Of a DNA stretch of 33,680 nucleotides, positions 19,330 through 27,004 are shown piece by piece. Origin of the DNA: Armatimonadia bacterium (GTDB lineage Bacteria; Armatimonadota; Zipacnadia; Zipacnadales; UBA11051); the NCBI GenBank assembly GCA_039683575.1, contig JBDKRC010000264.1:1-33680 (forward strand), read 5' to 3'. The position numbers and the translations under genes are program-made. Numbering within the stretch: position 1 is the first letter of the stretch; each line of letters starts with the position of its first letter. The notes below the pieces were generated by a model. The model was not told the origin of the DNA, searched no databases, and worked only from the letters and a program-made list of their open reading frames with translations.

Positions 19330-21492
19330 TCACTTCACCACCCGAAACAGATCATGGTACTCATCCGTCCAAAGCAGCGGCTTGCGCTCGTTCACCCTCA
19401 GCGTCGTCCGCTCCCGTATCTTCGGCTGCGCCAGCGCCCGCGCCCCTGGGCTCAGCAGTATCCAATCCGACCCGAACGCCCCTTCTTCCTCGCCCGGATC
19501 ATCGATGAATGCCCCGTCTAGCCCGTACGCGTCCGCCAGCGCCCACACCACCGGCTTGAGGTCCAGCACCCGGTTCGATACGTGCACCGCGATGATCCCG
19601 TCCGGCTGCCGCAGGTGTGCCAGATACAGCGCCATCGCTTCCTTCGTCAGCAGGTGTGCCGGAATCGAGTCGCTGCTGAACGCATCCAGCACGATCACGT
19701 CGAACTGCTGCCGCTCCCCGCGCTTCAGTTCCTGCTCCAGCGACAGGCGCGCGTCCCCGAGCACCACTTCCACCTCCGCCAGGCTGTCCGCCAGATACGT
19801 AAAGTAACGCTCATCCCGCGCGATCTTCTCCACCACCGGGTTGATCTCATAGAACCGATACACATCCCCCGGCTGCCCGTACGCCGCCACCGTCCCCGTT
19901 CCCAGCCCCACTGCCGCCACCCGCATCCTGCCCAGGTCACCGTCCGCAAACCGGGCCAGGCTGTACCGCAGCGCGAGCCCCACCCCCGACGTCTCACTAT
20001 AGTAACTCGTAGGCCTCCGCCGCTTGTCCGGCGCCAGGTACTGCAGCCCGTGCGTAGTGTTGCCATGCACCAGCGAATGCCGCTCGTCCCCCTGGTCATC
20101 GGCTTCCACATAGTCCACCCGCAAGACCCCATAGAAGTTCCGCACCGCCAGCATCGTCTCGCGGTCGTTCGTCTGCGCCTTATTGAACGCCAGCACCCCG
20201 AACACCAGGCTCATCAGCAGCAACACGAGCGCCCCGTACCGCGCCCATGGTAGGAGCGCTCCCCCTGCGACCGCCGACGGTCGCCGCGCGACCGGGTGCC
20301 GACCAGCGGCCGCCATGGTGGGTCTCGGCCAGTTCCACTGCGTCACGAGCCCCGCCCCCCAGCACAGCCCCAGCGACACATGCAGCTCATAGAACCGCTT
20401 GAACAAGAGCGGCGCCAGCAGGGCCACGAACACGCCCCCGAGCGCCCCGCCCAGCGATATTGCCAGGTAGAAAGCCGTCAGATGCCGCGCCACCGGCCGC
20501 CGGTGCACAACCTCGCCGTGGCAGAACATGCAGCACACGAACAGCGCCGCCGCGTAGATCCCGATCTGCAGCTTCGTCTCGACCTCGCCCTGCCGCAGCA
20601 TCACAATCGCCGTCATCGGCACCGCGATCAGCAGCAGCGGCAGATAAGCCTCCCGCGCATACCAGCGCATATCATCGAACGTCAGTATGAACGACAGCAG
20701 GTACAAGCTAAGGGGAACAATCCAGAGGAACGGAATGACCGCGACTTCCTGGCAGATCTGATTCGTCACCGCGAGCAGCAGCGCCGAGGCGATTGCCGGC
20801 AACACCACCCAGGGCACCCACTGTCTCCACCCCGGCGGAGCCGCCAGAGCCTCCGGCAGCCCCTCCTCATTCCCCCCAACCGACTCCACCCTCGCCGCCC
20901 GTTGTCCGAGCGCCACCACCGCCGCCACAAACGCCGCATACCCCACGCCCCACGCCCACCCCTGCGTCCGCAACCGCAGCCACGGCTCAACCGCGAAGGG
21001 ATAGCTCAAGAGCGCGAGCAGCGATCCCACATTGGATACTGTATACAATCGGTACGGCGACACCCCCGGCCGCATCCGCGCAAACCACGCCTGCAAGAGC
21101 GGGCTCGTCGTCGCCAGCACAAAGTACGGCAGCCCCACAGCCACCGTCAAAAGCGCCAGGATCTGCGCCACGGGCCGCTCCGGCGTCTGCGGCTTCCAGC
21201 CCTCATCGGGGATGATCGGCACGCCCCAGCGCCATGCCAGCAGCCCAATCAGCCCTAGCGAGACCACCAGCAGCCCGCCATGAACCAGCCCCTGCCGCCG
21301 CGGCGACAGCCGCATCGCCACCCCATGGGCATACCCATAGCCCGCCAGCAGCAGCACCTGAAAGAACAGCATGCAGGTGGTCCAGACCGCCGGCGTCCCC
21401 CCAAACCAGGGCAGCAGGCACCGCGCAATAATCGGCTGCACCTGAAACAGCAAAAACGCCCCGAGGAAGATGGGAATAGCAAACTGAAGCAT
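19330..21492 (-). CDS. Fused membrane domain / spermidine synthase-like methyltransferase
   Basis: AFLLFQVQP, LLPWFGG..AVWTTCMLFFQ, VGLGTG, YEINP, GDAR, LDAFSSDSIPAHLLT, WTDEY. Confidence 0.9.
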   Translation of the reverse strand: MLQFAIPIFLGAFLLFQVQPIIARCLLPWFGGTPAVWTTCMLFFQVLLLAGYGYAHGVAMRLSPRRQGLVHGGLLVVSLGLIGLLAWRWGVPIIPDEGWKPQTPERPVAQILALLTVAVGLPYFVLATTSPLLQAWFARMRPGVSPYRLYTVSNVGSLLALLSYPFAVEPWLRLRTQGWAWGVGYAAFVAAVVALGQRAARVESVGGNEEGLPEALAAPPGWRQWVPWVVLPAIASALLLAVTNQICQEVAVIPFLWIVPLSLYLLSFILTFDDMRWYAREAYLPLLLIAVPMTAIVMLRQGEVETKLQIGIYAAALFVCCMFCHGEVVHRRPVARHLTAFYLAISLGGALGGVFVALLAPLLFKRFYELHVSLGLCWGAGLVTQWNWPRPTMAAAGRHPVARRPSAVAGGALLPWARYGALVLLLMSLVFGVLAFNKAQTNDRETMLAVRNFYGVLRVDYVEADDQGDERHSLVHGNTTHGLQYLAPDKRRRPTSYYSETSGVGLALRYSLARFADGDLGRMRVAAVGLGTGTVAAYGQPGDVYRFYEINPVVEKIARDERYFTYLADSLAEVEVVLGDARLSLEQELKRGERQQFDVIVLDAFSSDSIPAHLLTKEAMALYLAHLRQPDGIIAVHVSNRVLDLKPVVWALADAYGLDGAFIDDPGEEEGAFGSDWILLSPGARALAQPKIRERTTLRVNERKPLLWTDEYHDLFRVVK
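20250..20293 (+). repeat. Intragenic REP-derived insert
   Basis: GTAGGAGCGCTCCCC...GCGCGACC matches the intergenic REP at 21516-21541. Confidence 0.75.
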
Positions 21493-21515
21493 TAGGAGTA
21501 TCCAACCCGCCTCCG

Positions 21516-21610
21516 GTAGGAGCGCTCCCCTGAGCGCGACCATCACCGACTAACCCTCGCAACCGCACCACAACCCGGCCGCCTGTAGGAGCGGTCACCA
21601 GACCGCGATC
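21516..21610 (+). repeat. Two tandem GTAGGA REPs
   Basis: GTAGGA-GCGCTC-ccct-GAGCGC-GAC and GTAGGA-GCGGTC-acca-GACCGC-GAT. Confidence 0.8.
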
Positions 21611-21651
21611 ATCTACGACCAACCCGCACCTCCCCCAACCTCCAACCTCCC

Positions 21652-22308
21652 TCACCACCCCCGCAGAAACGCCTCCTGGCACCCCTCCAGATGCACCTTC
21701 GGCCGCACCTTCACCACCATCGCCACCGCCTCTTCCCACGTCCCCGCCAGCCCCTTGCGCAAGAGCAACGCCGCCGCTACCGTCGCCGACCGCCCATGCC
21801 CCTGAGCGCAGTGCACGTAAATCCCCTCGCGCCCCGCGAACTCCTCCACGAGCGCCCGCAGCCCATCCGCCTCCGGCGCCCCATAGTTCAGCGTCGGCAG
21901 CGCCCGGTATTCACACCGCGCCAGGGCCGTGCTCGGCTCGGCAAACTCACACGTAACGTCCACAATGACCTTCACACCCTCGGGCAACTCCTCCCCCAGC
22001 ACCCGCCGCCCGACCCACAGCCCCGGCGCCACTTCATTGTAGAGCGGCTCCTTCGAGATCTTCCGCTTGACCTTCCAGATCGCGTACGTGAACCCGAGGT
22101 AGGGGAGAAGCACGACCGCCATCACGGGGTTCAGCGACCCATTCGCCCGCTTCCCAAACAGCGCCGGGCTCCCGCTCCCGTATGCCATCCCCACCACCAG
22201 GCAAGCCACCGCCGGCCAAAGCAGCACCAGTCCCCACCCGCCAACCAGCGCCCCAACGGCCGCCAGCACCACTCCCGCAATCGAATACGTCATCGCATGT
22301 TTGCTCAA
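21652..22308 (-). CDS. Membrane-anchored dual-specificity phosphatase family protein
   Basis: VHCAQGHGRS (CX5R) motif; N-terminal TM segments; TTG start overlaps the comM stop. Confidence 0.85.
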   Translation of the reverse strand: MSKHAMTYSIAGVVLAAVGALVGGWGLVLLWPAVACLVVGMAYGSGSPALFGKRANGSLNPVMAVVLLPYLGFTYAIWKVKRKISKEPLYNEVAPGLWVGRRVLGEELPEGVKVIVDVTCEFAEPSTALARCEYRALPTLNYGAPEADGLRALVEEFAGREGIYVHCAQGHGRSATVAAALLLRKGLAGTWEEAVAMVVKVRPKVHLEGCQEAFLRGW

Positions 22309-23837
22309 GTCCAGAACTTCCTATCCAGGCTTCGATACTGCACTGCCTCCGCCGCGTGATGTACCTGTATCGCCTCCGCGCCTTCCAGGTCCGCAATCGT
22401 CCGCGACAGCTTGATGATCCGGTCATACGCCCGCGCGCTCAGCCCAAACTGGTCTATCGCCGTCCGCAAGAGCGCCTCCACATCATCCCCCAGCGGGCAG
22501 AACTTCCGCAGAGCCTTCGCGTTCATGTCCGAGTTGCAGTGGAACGGCGCCTCCGCAAACCGCCTCCGCTGCAGCTCCCGCGCCTTTATCACCCGCTGCT
22601 GGATCGCCGCCGAGGTCTCCCCCTGCGTCTTCGTCATGACCTCTTCCGGCATGAGCCGCGGAACCTCAATGTGAATGTCAATCCGGTCCTGCAACGGCCC
22701 GCTGATGCGCTTGAGATACCGCCCCGTCTGCCCGGCATTGCACGTGCACTGCCGCACCGGGTCCGTTTTGTAACCGCACGGGCACGGGTTCATCGCCGCC
22801 ACCATCTGGAAGTTCGCCGGAAACGAGGGCGTCCCCTGAACCCGCACAATGGTCACATTCCCATCTTCCAGCGGCTGCCGCAGCACCTCCAGTGACTGCC
22901 CTGAAAACTCCGGCAGCTCATCCAGAAACAGCACCCCGTTGTGCGCCAGGCTCACTTCACCCGGATGCGGAATGCTCCCGCCGCCCACCAGCCCCGCCGT
23001 GCTCACCGTATGGTGCGGCGACCGGAACGGCCGCTGCCGGATCAGCGAACTCTTCTCCGCCATCAGCCCCGACACGCTATAGAGCTTAGTAACCTCCAGC
23101 GCCTCGGAGAGGTCCATCGGCGGCAGAATCCCCGGCATCCGCCGCGCCAGCATCGTCTTGCCCGACCCCGGCGGCCCGATCATCAGCACATTGTGCCCGC
23201 CCGCCGCCGCCACCTCCAGCGCCCGCTTCACATGCTCCTGGCCCTTCACATCCGCAAAGTCCACCGCATAGGCCCCCGCCGTCAGGTCCAGATCCTCCGG
23301 GGGCACCTGCACCGGCTCGGCCATGAACCCCTGCTCCAGCAGACACACACAATCATAGAGCGTTTCCGCCCCATACACCTCAAAATCGTTCACCACCGCC
23401 GCCTCCGGCCCATTCCCCGCCGGGACGATCACATTCGTCTTCCCCCACGACTTCGCACCCAGCGCAATCGGCAGCGCCCCCGTAATCGGCCGCACCGCCC
23501 CATCCAGTGACAGTTCCCCGGCTACCACGGTCTGGTCCAGATCATCCACCGCAATCTGCCCGCTGGCCAGCAGCAGCCCCAGCGCAATGGGCAGATCAAA
23601 CGCCGGCCCCTCCTTGCGCACATCAGCGGGCGCGAGGTTGATGGTCACGCGTTCGAGGGGGAATTCAAAGCCGCTGTTCCGAATAGCCGCCGCAGTACGC
23701 TCGCGGCTCTCACGAATGGCAGTATCCGGCAGTCCAACGATGGTGAAAACATGCGACCCGCGAGTAATGTCAACCTCAACCAGCACTTCGTAAGCATCAA
23801 CACCAAAAATCGCAGCCGAGTGAACCCTGGCAAGCAT
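22305..23837 (-). CDS. comM: YifB/ComM Mg-chelatase-like AAA+ ATPase
   Basis: VGLPDTAIRESRER, NLAPADVRKEG..FDLPIA, GPPGSGKTMLA, LAHNGVLFLDELPEF, AMNPCPCG. Confidence 0.95.
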   Translation of the reverse strand: MLARVHSAAIFGVDAYEVLVEVDITRGSHVFTIVGLPDTAIRESRERTAAAIRNSGFEFPLERVTINLAPADVRKEGPAFDLPIALGLLLASGQIAVDDLDQTVVAGELSLDGAVRPITGALPIALGAKSWGKTNVIVPAGNGPEAAVVNDFEVYGAETLYDCVCLLEQGFMAEPVQVPPEDLDLTAGAYAVDFADVKGQEHVKRALEVAAAGGHNVLMIGPPGSGKTMLARRMPGILPPMDLSEALEVTKLYSVSGLMAEKSSLIRQRPFRSPHHTVSTAGLVGGGSIPHPGEVSLAHNGVLFLDELPEFSGQSLEVLRQPLEDGNVTIVRVQGTPSFPANFQMVAAMNPCPCGYKTDPVRQCTCNAGQTGRYLKRISGPLQDRIDIHIEVPRLMPEEVMTKTQGETSAAIQQRVIKARELQRRRFAEAPFHCNSDMNAKALRKFCPLGDDVEALLRTAIDQFGLSARAYDRIIKLSRTIADLEGAEAIQVHHAAEAVQYRSLDRKFWT

Positions 23838-23897
23838 GAAAAAACCAATCCCCCGTGGGCGATGATGGTCATCATCGCAGGTGATGGGGGATTGGTT
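23838..23897 (-). terminator. Terminator-like hairpin abutting the comM start codon
   Basis: 12-bp stem AACCAATCCCCC/GGGGGATTGGTT followed by TTTTC-ATG on the minus strand. Confidence 0.6.
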
Positions 23898-23922
23898 CGT
23901 TGCTCGTCCAGTTTGTACCTGC
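23895..23922 (-). promoter_or_regulatory. Sigma-H-like promoter motif for comM
   Basis: GCAGGT-N17-CGAAC. Confidence 0.65.
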
Positions 23923-23971
23923 GCATTTTCAGAACGAATGGGGAGAGGCGGCTGAACCGCTGGTGTCCCTT

Positions 23972-23996
23972 GTGGGAGGGCTCTCCAGAGCCCGAC
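23972..23996 (+). repeat. REP (GTGG variant)
   Basis: GTGGGA-GGGCTC-tcca-GAGCCC-GAC. Confidence 0.7.
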
Positions 23997-23998
23997 GG

Positions 23999-25867
23999 TC
24001 ACTTCCCCTCAAACACAAAATCCGGCCGTACCACCACCCAAGCCGGCAGCTTCGGGTCGAACACCACCTGCAGGCTCCGGAACCCCTTCCCCTCGATCTT
24101 CCCGACCTTCAGCGACCACAGCCGCCCATCTTTGCCCTTCGTCGCCACCTTCAGCTTCGCATTCCGCACATACTGGTCGGTCGGCTGGTCCACGACCACC
24201 TGCCCGTCCGGGTCCAGCACGGTCACCTGCACCTGCGTCGTCCCCCAGTTGCACAGCGCGTCAATCGTGAACTCTTCCATCCCCTTGGGCACCTGGAAGT
24301 ACAGCGTCCCGCCCGGCCCCGCCACTTCAAACGCCGGGTACGAACTCCACGTCCAGTTCGCGTACGGCACCGTCGTGCTCACGACCTCACACCGCCCGTA
24401 ATACCCCGGCGTCACCACAACGCAATGCAGCCCTGCCTGCGCCGCTTTGAACTTCAGCGTAAACGGCTCCCCCGGCACCATCTTCCCACTCGCCAGCTCC
24501 TTCTTCGCCGGGTCCAGCACCGCATAGGTCACGCCCCACACGTCCCCCGACTGCGCCTTGTTGACCTTGAACTCCACCACCGGCTCCTCGCCGGCCTTCA
24601 GGTCCATCATCATGTAACTCGTCGCAATCAGCCCCAGCGACGGTACAGCCAGCGGCTTTCCTCGCTCCAAAGCGCTCCCATCCACCACTTCCGGCGCCTT
24701 GAACCGCTCCACATCGAACCCCGGATGCCGGTACCGCACCGGCTCCTCCACAAACTGCAGCGGCGTCACATACCCTTTATCTTGCCCCAGCTTATCGAGC
24801 TCCACATCTGCCAGCTTGATGGCGTTCAGGTACTCTTCCGGCGTCCCCGCGCACAAGTGATAGTCCCCCTTCTGCTCCTTCTCGGGGATGCAGAGCGTAT
24901 GCACCGTGAAGATCCAATACCCGTCTGTCTTCCGCGCCACCTCATACAGGTTCTTGGCCAGATTCGCCGCCGTGTACTGCCTGAGCAGCACTCCGGCGCT
25001 GTAGTAGCAGTGTATCTCCTTGTCCAAAAGCTCCTGCTTCCAGTTGTCGGCGATCTTGTTCGGCCCGCCGCCCCCATACGTGCTCGTGGCCCACAGAATC
25101 ATCGGATGCTCCGCCGTCCCGAGCCCCTGCGCCACGCCCACCAGGTGCCAGTTGTGCGGCACGGGATAGAACCCCACAAAAAACTCCGGATCAACCGCCG
25201 CAATCGCCTTCCGCATCCCCTCGGCATACTCCCGCACCTGCTTCTGCAAATACGGCTGATACTGCTCCGCCAGCTTATGCTCCTTCAGCCATGCCACGCG
25301 CTCCTTGAACCCCACCTGCCCCGTCACATCCGCCTGCCCCTGCGCCTTCAGAAACCCGCTGAAGCAGTGGTCGCAGTAGCACGCGTCCGTATAGTAGATC
25401 TGCCCGCCCTTGTTGGAGTTGGCGTACATCTCCCAGTCGATCAGAATCCCCGATATCTCCTCATCCGCCAACTGCCCCTCGCGCGCCAGTTCCACGGCGC
25501 GCTGTATCAGCACCTCATCCCAGTACCGCTTCTCCACCGGACAGGGCAGCACGCTCTCATACCCATTCCCAAACACGCACCGCCGCATGCCGGCCTTCTC
25601 ACCGTCACAAGAGGCCGATACCACACCAAACAGCCGCATCCCGGCCTTCTTGGCTTCCTTGGCCCAGAGCGTGAACGTCTCCGGCGTCCCGGCGCTGGTA
25701 ATCAGCGTGTTCATGCCATACTGCTTGAAGAACCCCAGCTTGTCCGCTCCATCCCCATAGTAGATCCACCCGGCCCGTATTTTCTCCCGCGAAATCCAAT
25801 CCTCCGCCGCCCGAGCCCCACTGGCCCCGATCAAAAGGATACCAACAAGCAGCAGTACCTGACGCAT
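23999..25867 (-). CDS. Secreted hypothetical protein, possible glycoside-hydrolase-like TIM barrel plus beta-sandwich domains
   Basis: Signal peptide; GILIDWEMY, CYCDHC; beta-rich C-terminal half; fold assignment is inference. Confidence 0.6.
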   Translation of the reverse strand: MRQVLLLVGILLIGASGARAAEDWISREKIRAGWIYYGDGADKLGFFKQYGMNTLITSAGTPETFTLWAKEAKKAGMRLFGVVSASCDGEKAGMRRCVFGNGYESVLPCPVEKRYWDEVLIQRAVELAREGQLADEEISGILIDWEMYANSNKGGQIYYTDACYCDHCFSGFLKAQGQADVTGQVGFKERVAWLKEHKLAEQYQPYLQKQVREYAEGMRKAIAAVDPEFFVGFYPVPHNWHLVGVAQGLGTAEHPMILWATSTYGGGGPNKIADNWKQELLDKEIHCYYSAGVLLRQYTAANLAKNLYEVARKTDGYWIFTVHTLCIPEKEQKGDYHLCAGTPEEYLNAIKLADVELDKLGQDKGYVTPLQFVEEPVRYRHPGFDVERFKAPEVVDGSALERGKPLAVPSLGLIATSYMMMDLKAGEEPVVEFKVNKAQSGDVWGVTYAVLDPAKKELASGKMVPGEPFTLKFKAAQAGLHCVVVTPGYYGRCEVVSTTVPYANWTWSSYPAFEVAGPGGTLYFQVPKGMEEFTIDALCNWGTTQVQVTVLDPDGQVVVDQPTDQYVRNAKLKVATKGKDGRLWSLKVGKIEGKGFRSLQVVFDPKLPAWVVVRPDFVFEGK

Positions 25868-25904
25868 AGCATCTTCCTTTCCGACTCCGCGCGCGTTTCC
25901 GTCT

Positions 25905-25949
25905 GTAGGGCGAAGCGACGCCTGCGTCGCAGGGGGCTCGTACCCCGCC
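25905..25949 (+). repeat. REP with internal 20-nt hairpin insertion
   Basis: GTAGGGCG[AAGCGACGCCTGCGTCGCAG]GGGGCTCGTACCCCGCC versus the empty form at 15621. Confidence 0.8.
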
Positions 25950-26013
25950 GGTCGTCATCCCTGAATCGCAGCAAGCGCGCGGCCTCCCACCAAGCCGCGC
26001 GCCTTCGCCTTTA

Positions 26014-26041
26014 CCATCGACGATCAACGATCAACCATCAA
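26014..26041 (+). repeat. Heptamer tandem repeat x4
   Basis: CCATCGA CGATCAA CGATCAA CCATCAA. Confidence 0.75.
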
Positions 26042-26049
26042 CGCCGTCC

Positions 26050-26832
26050 TTACTTTCCCATTTCCTTCAGCTTCTGCAAGCAAACCTCAACAGCCTGCAG
26101 CGCCGGGTACAGGTCGCTCTCGTACTCCACGATGTACCACCGCACGCCGCCGAAGTCCTCGAGCTGCCCGAACAGTTCGGCCCACGGAATGCTATCATCG
26201 CCGATCATCGGCTTGTAGCCCGCGTTCACGTCGTCCTTGCCGGCTTCCAGCGAATACGGCTTCAGGTGCACTGTCAGCGCCCGGTACGGATACCGCTCCA
26301 CAAACTGCCCCACCTGCGCGCCACCGAGCAGCGCGTTGCCGGTGTCGAGCTGCATGACCACGTCATAGGCGGTGTTGCCAAAGAACGTGTCCCACGCCAT
26401 CTCGCCATCGAGCGGCGTGAACTCGGTGTGGTGGTTGTGGTACCCGACCCACGCGTTGACCATGCGCAGCCGCCCGCTGATCTCGTTGAACACATCCGCA
26501 GTCTTCCGCCAGTTGTCCCGGCTGCCGGTATACTCGGCGGGCAGCCCCGGGCAGATCAGGTACGGGTTGCCCAGAGTCCAGTTGAACTCCATGGTCTTCA
26601 TGAGTTCGTCGCCGAGCAGCGTGTTGATACCCAGGTGCGACCCGCAGCATACGAGGCCGTTGTCGTCCAGTATCTTGCGCAGGTCAGCCGCGCTGTAGTC
26701 ATAGTAACCGGCGAACTCCACGCCCTCATATCCCATCTTGGCGACCTTGGCCAGCGTCCCCGGCAGGTCTTCCTTCATGGCCTCACGGACCGAATAGAGC
26801 TGCAAGGCTAGTGGTACACGAACGCTACTCAT
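26050..26832 (-). CDS. Sugar phosphate isomerase/epimerase (xylose isomerase-like TIM barrel)
   Basis: LQLYSVR, GYEGVEFAG, GYHNH, QLDTGN, VHLK, IVEYE. Confidence 0.92.
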   Translation of the reverse strand: MSSVRVPLALQLYSVREAMKEDLPGTLAKVAKMGYEGVEFAGYYDYSAADLRKILDDNGLVCCGSHLGINTLLGDELMKTMEFNWTLGNPYLICPGLPAEYTGSRDNWRKTADVFNEISGRLRMVNAWVGYHNHHTEFTPLDGEMAWDTFFGNTAYDVVMQLDTGNALLGGAQVGQFVERYPYRALTVHLKPYSLEAGKDDVNAGYKPMIGDDSIPWAELFGQLEDFGGVRWYIVEYESDLYPALQAVEVCLQKLKEMGK

Positions 26833-26883
26833 CTCAAGCTCCCTTGTGCGCACGAGCGCAGGTTGTTGTCATGAAGAGTGACA

Positions 26884-26967
26884 ATTCCGCGCCCATGCCA
26901 GGTCTTCCTGCTTCTCCCGGCCGACGTGTCATATCCCACGCAGGTAATTTCCGGCACTCGGACGAAC
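26884..26967. promoter_or_regulatory. Back-to-back sigma-H-like motifs for a divergent gene pair
   Basis: Minus: GCAGGA-N17-GGAAT (26911-26884). Plus: GCAGGT-N17-CGAAC (26940-26967). Confidence 0.65.
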
Positions 26968-27004
26968 CTGACGGTGTTTACACATCCATGGGAGTTTTCG
27001 ATTC

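Noticed and set aside
20245-20319. CCATGGT direct repeat as a target-site duplication of the intragenic REP
   Set aside because: Copies are 68 nt apart, not a multiple of 3, so a clean insertion would have broken the frame.
22305-23837. comM interrupted by a mobile element (known hotspot)
   Set aside because: The ORF is continuous and full length (510 aa); only a more T-rich 5' end was noted.
23900-26218. 772-aa plus-strand ORF and other long antisense ORFs (e.g. 6420-7700, 5114-6238, 20296-21258)
   Set aside because: Shadow frames of real genes on the other strand; Arg/Pro/His-rich with no motifs, as expected from high GC and codon bias.
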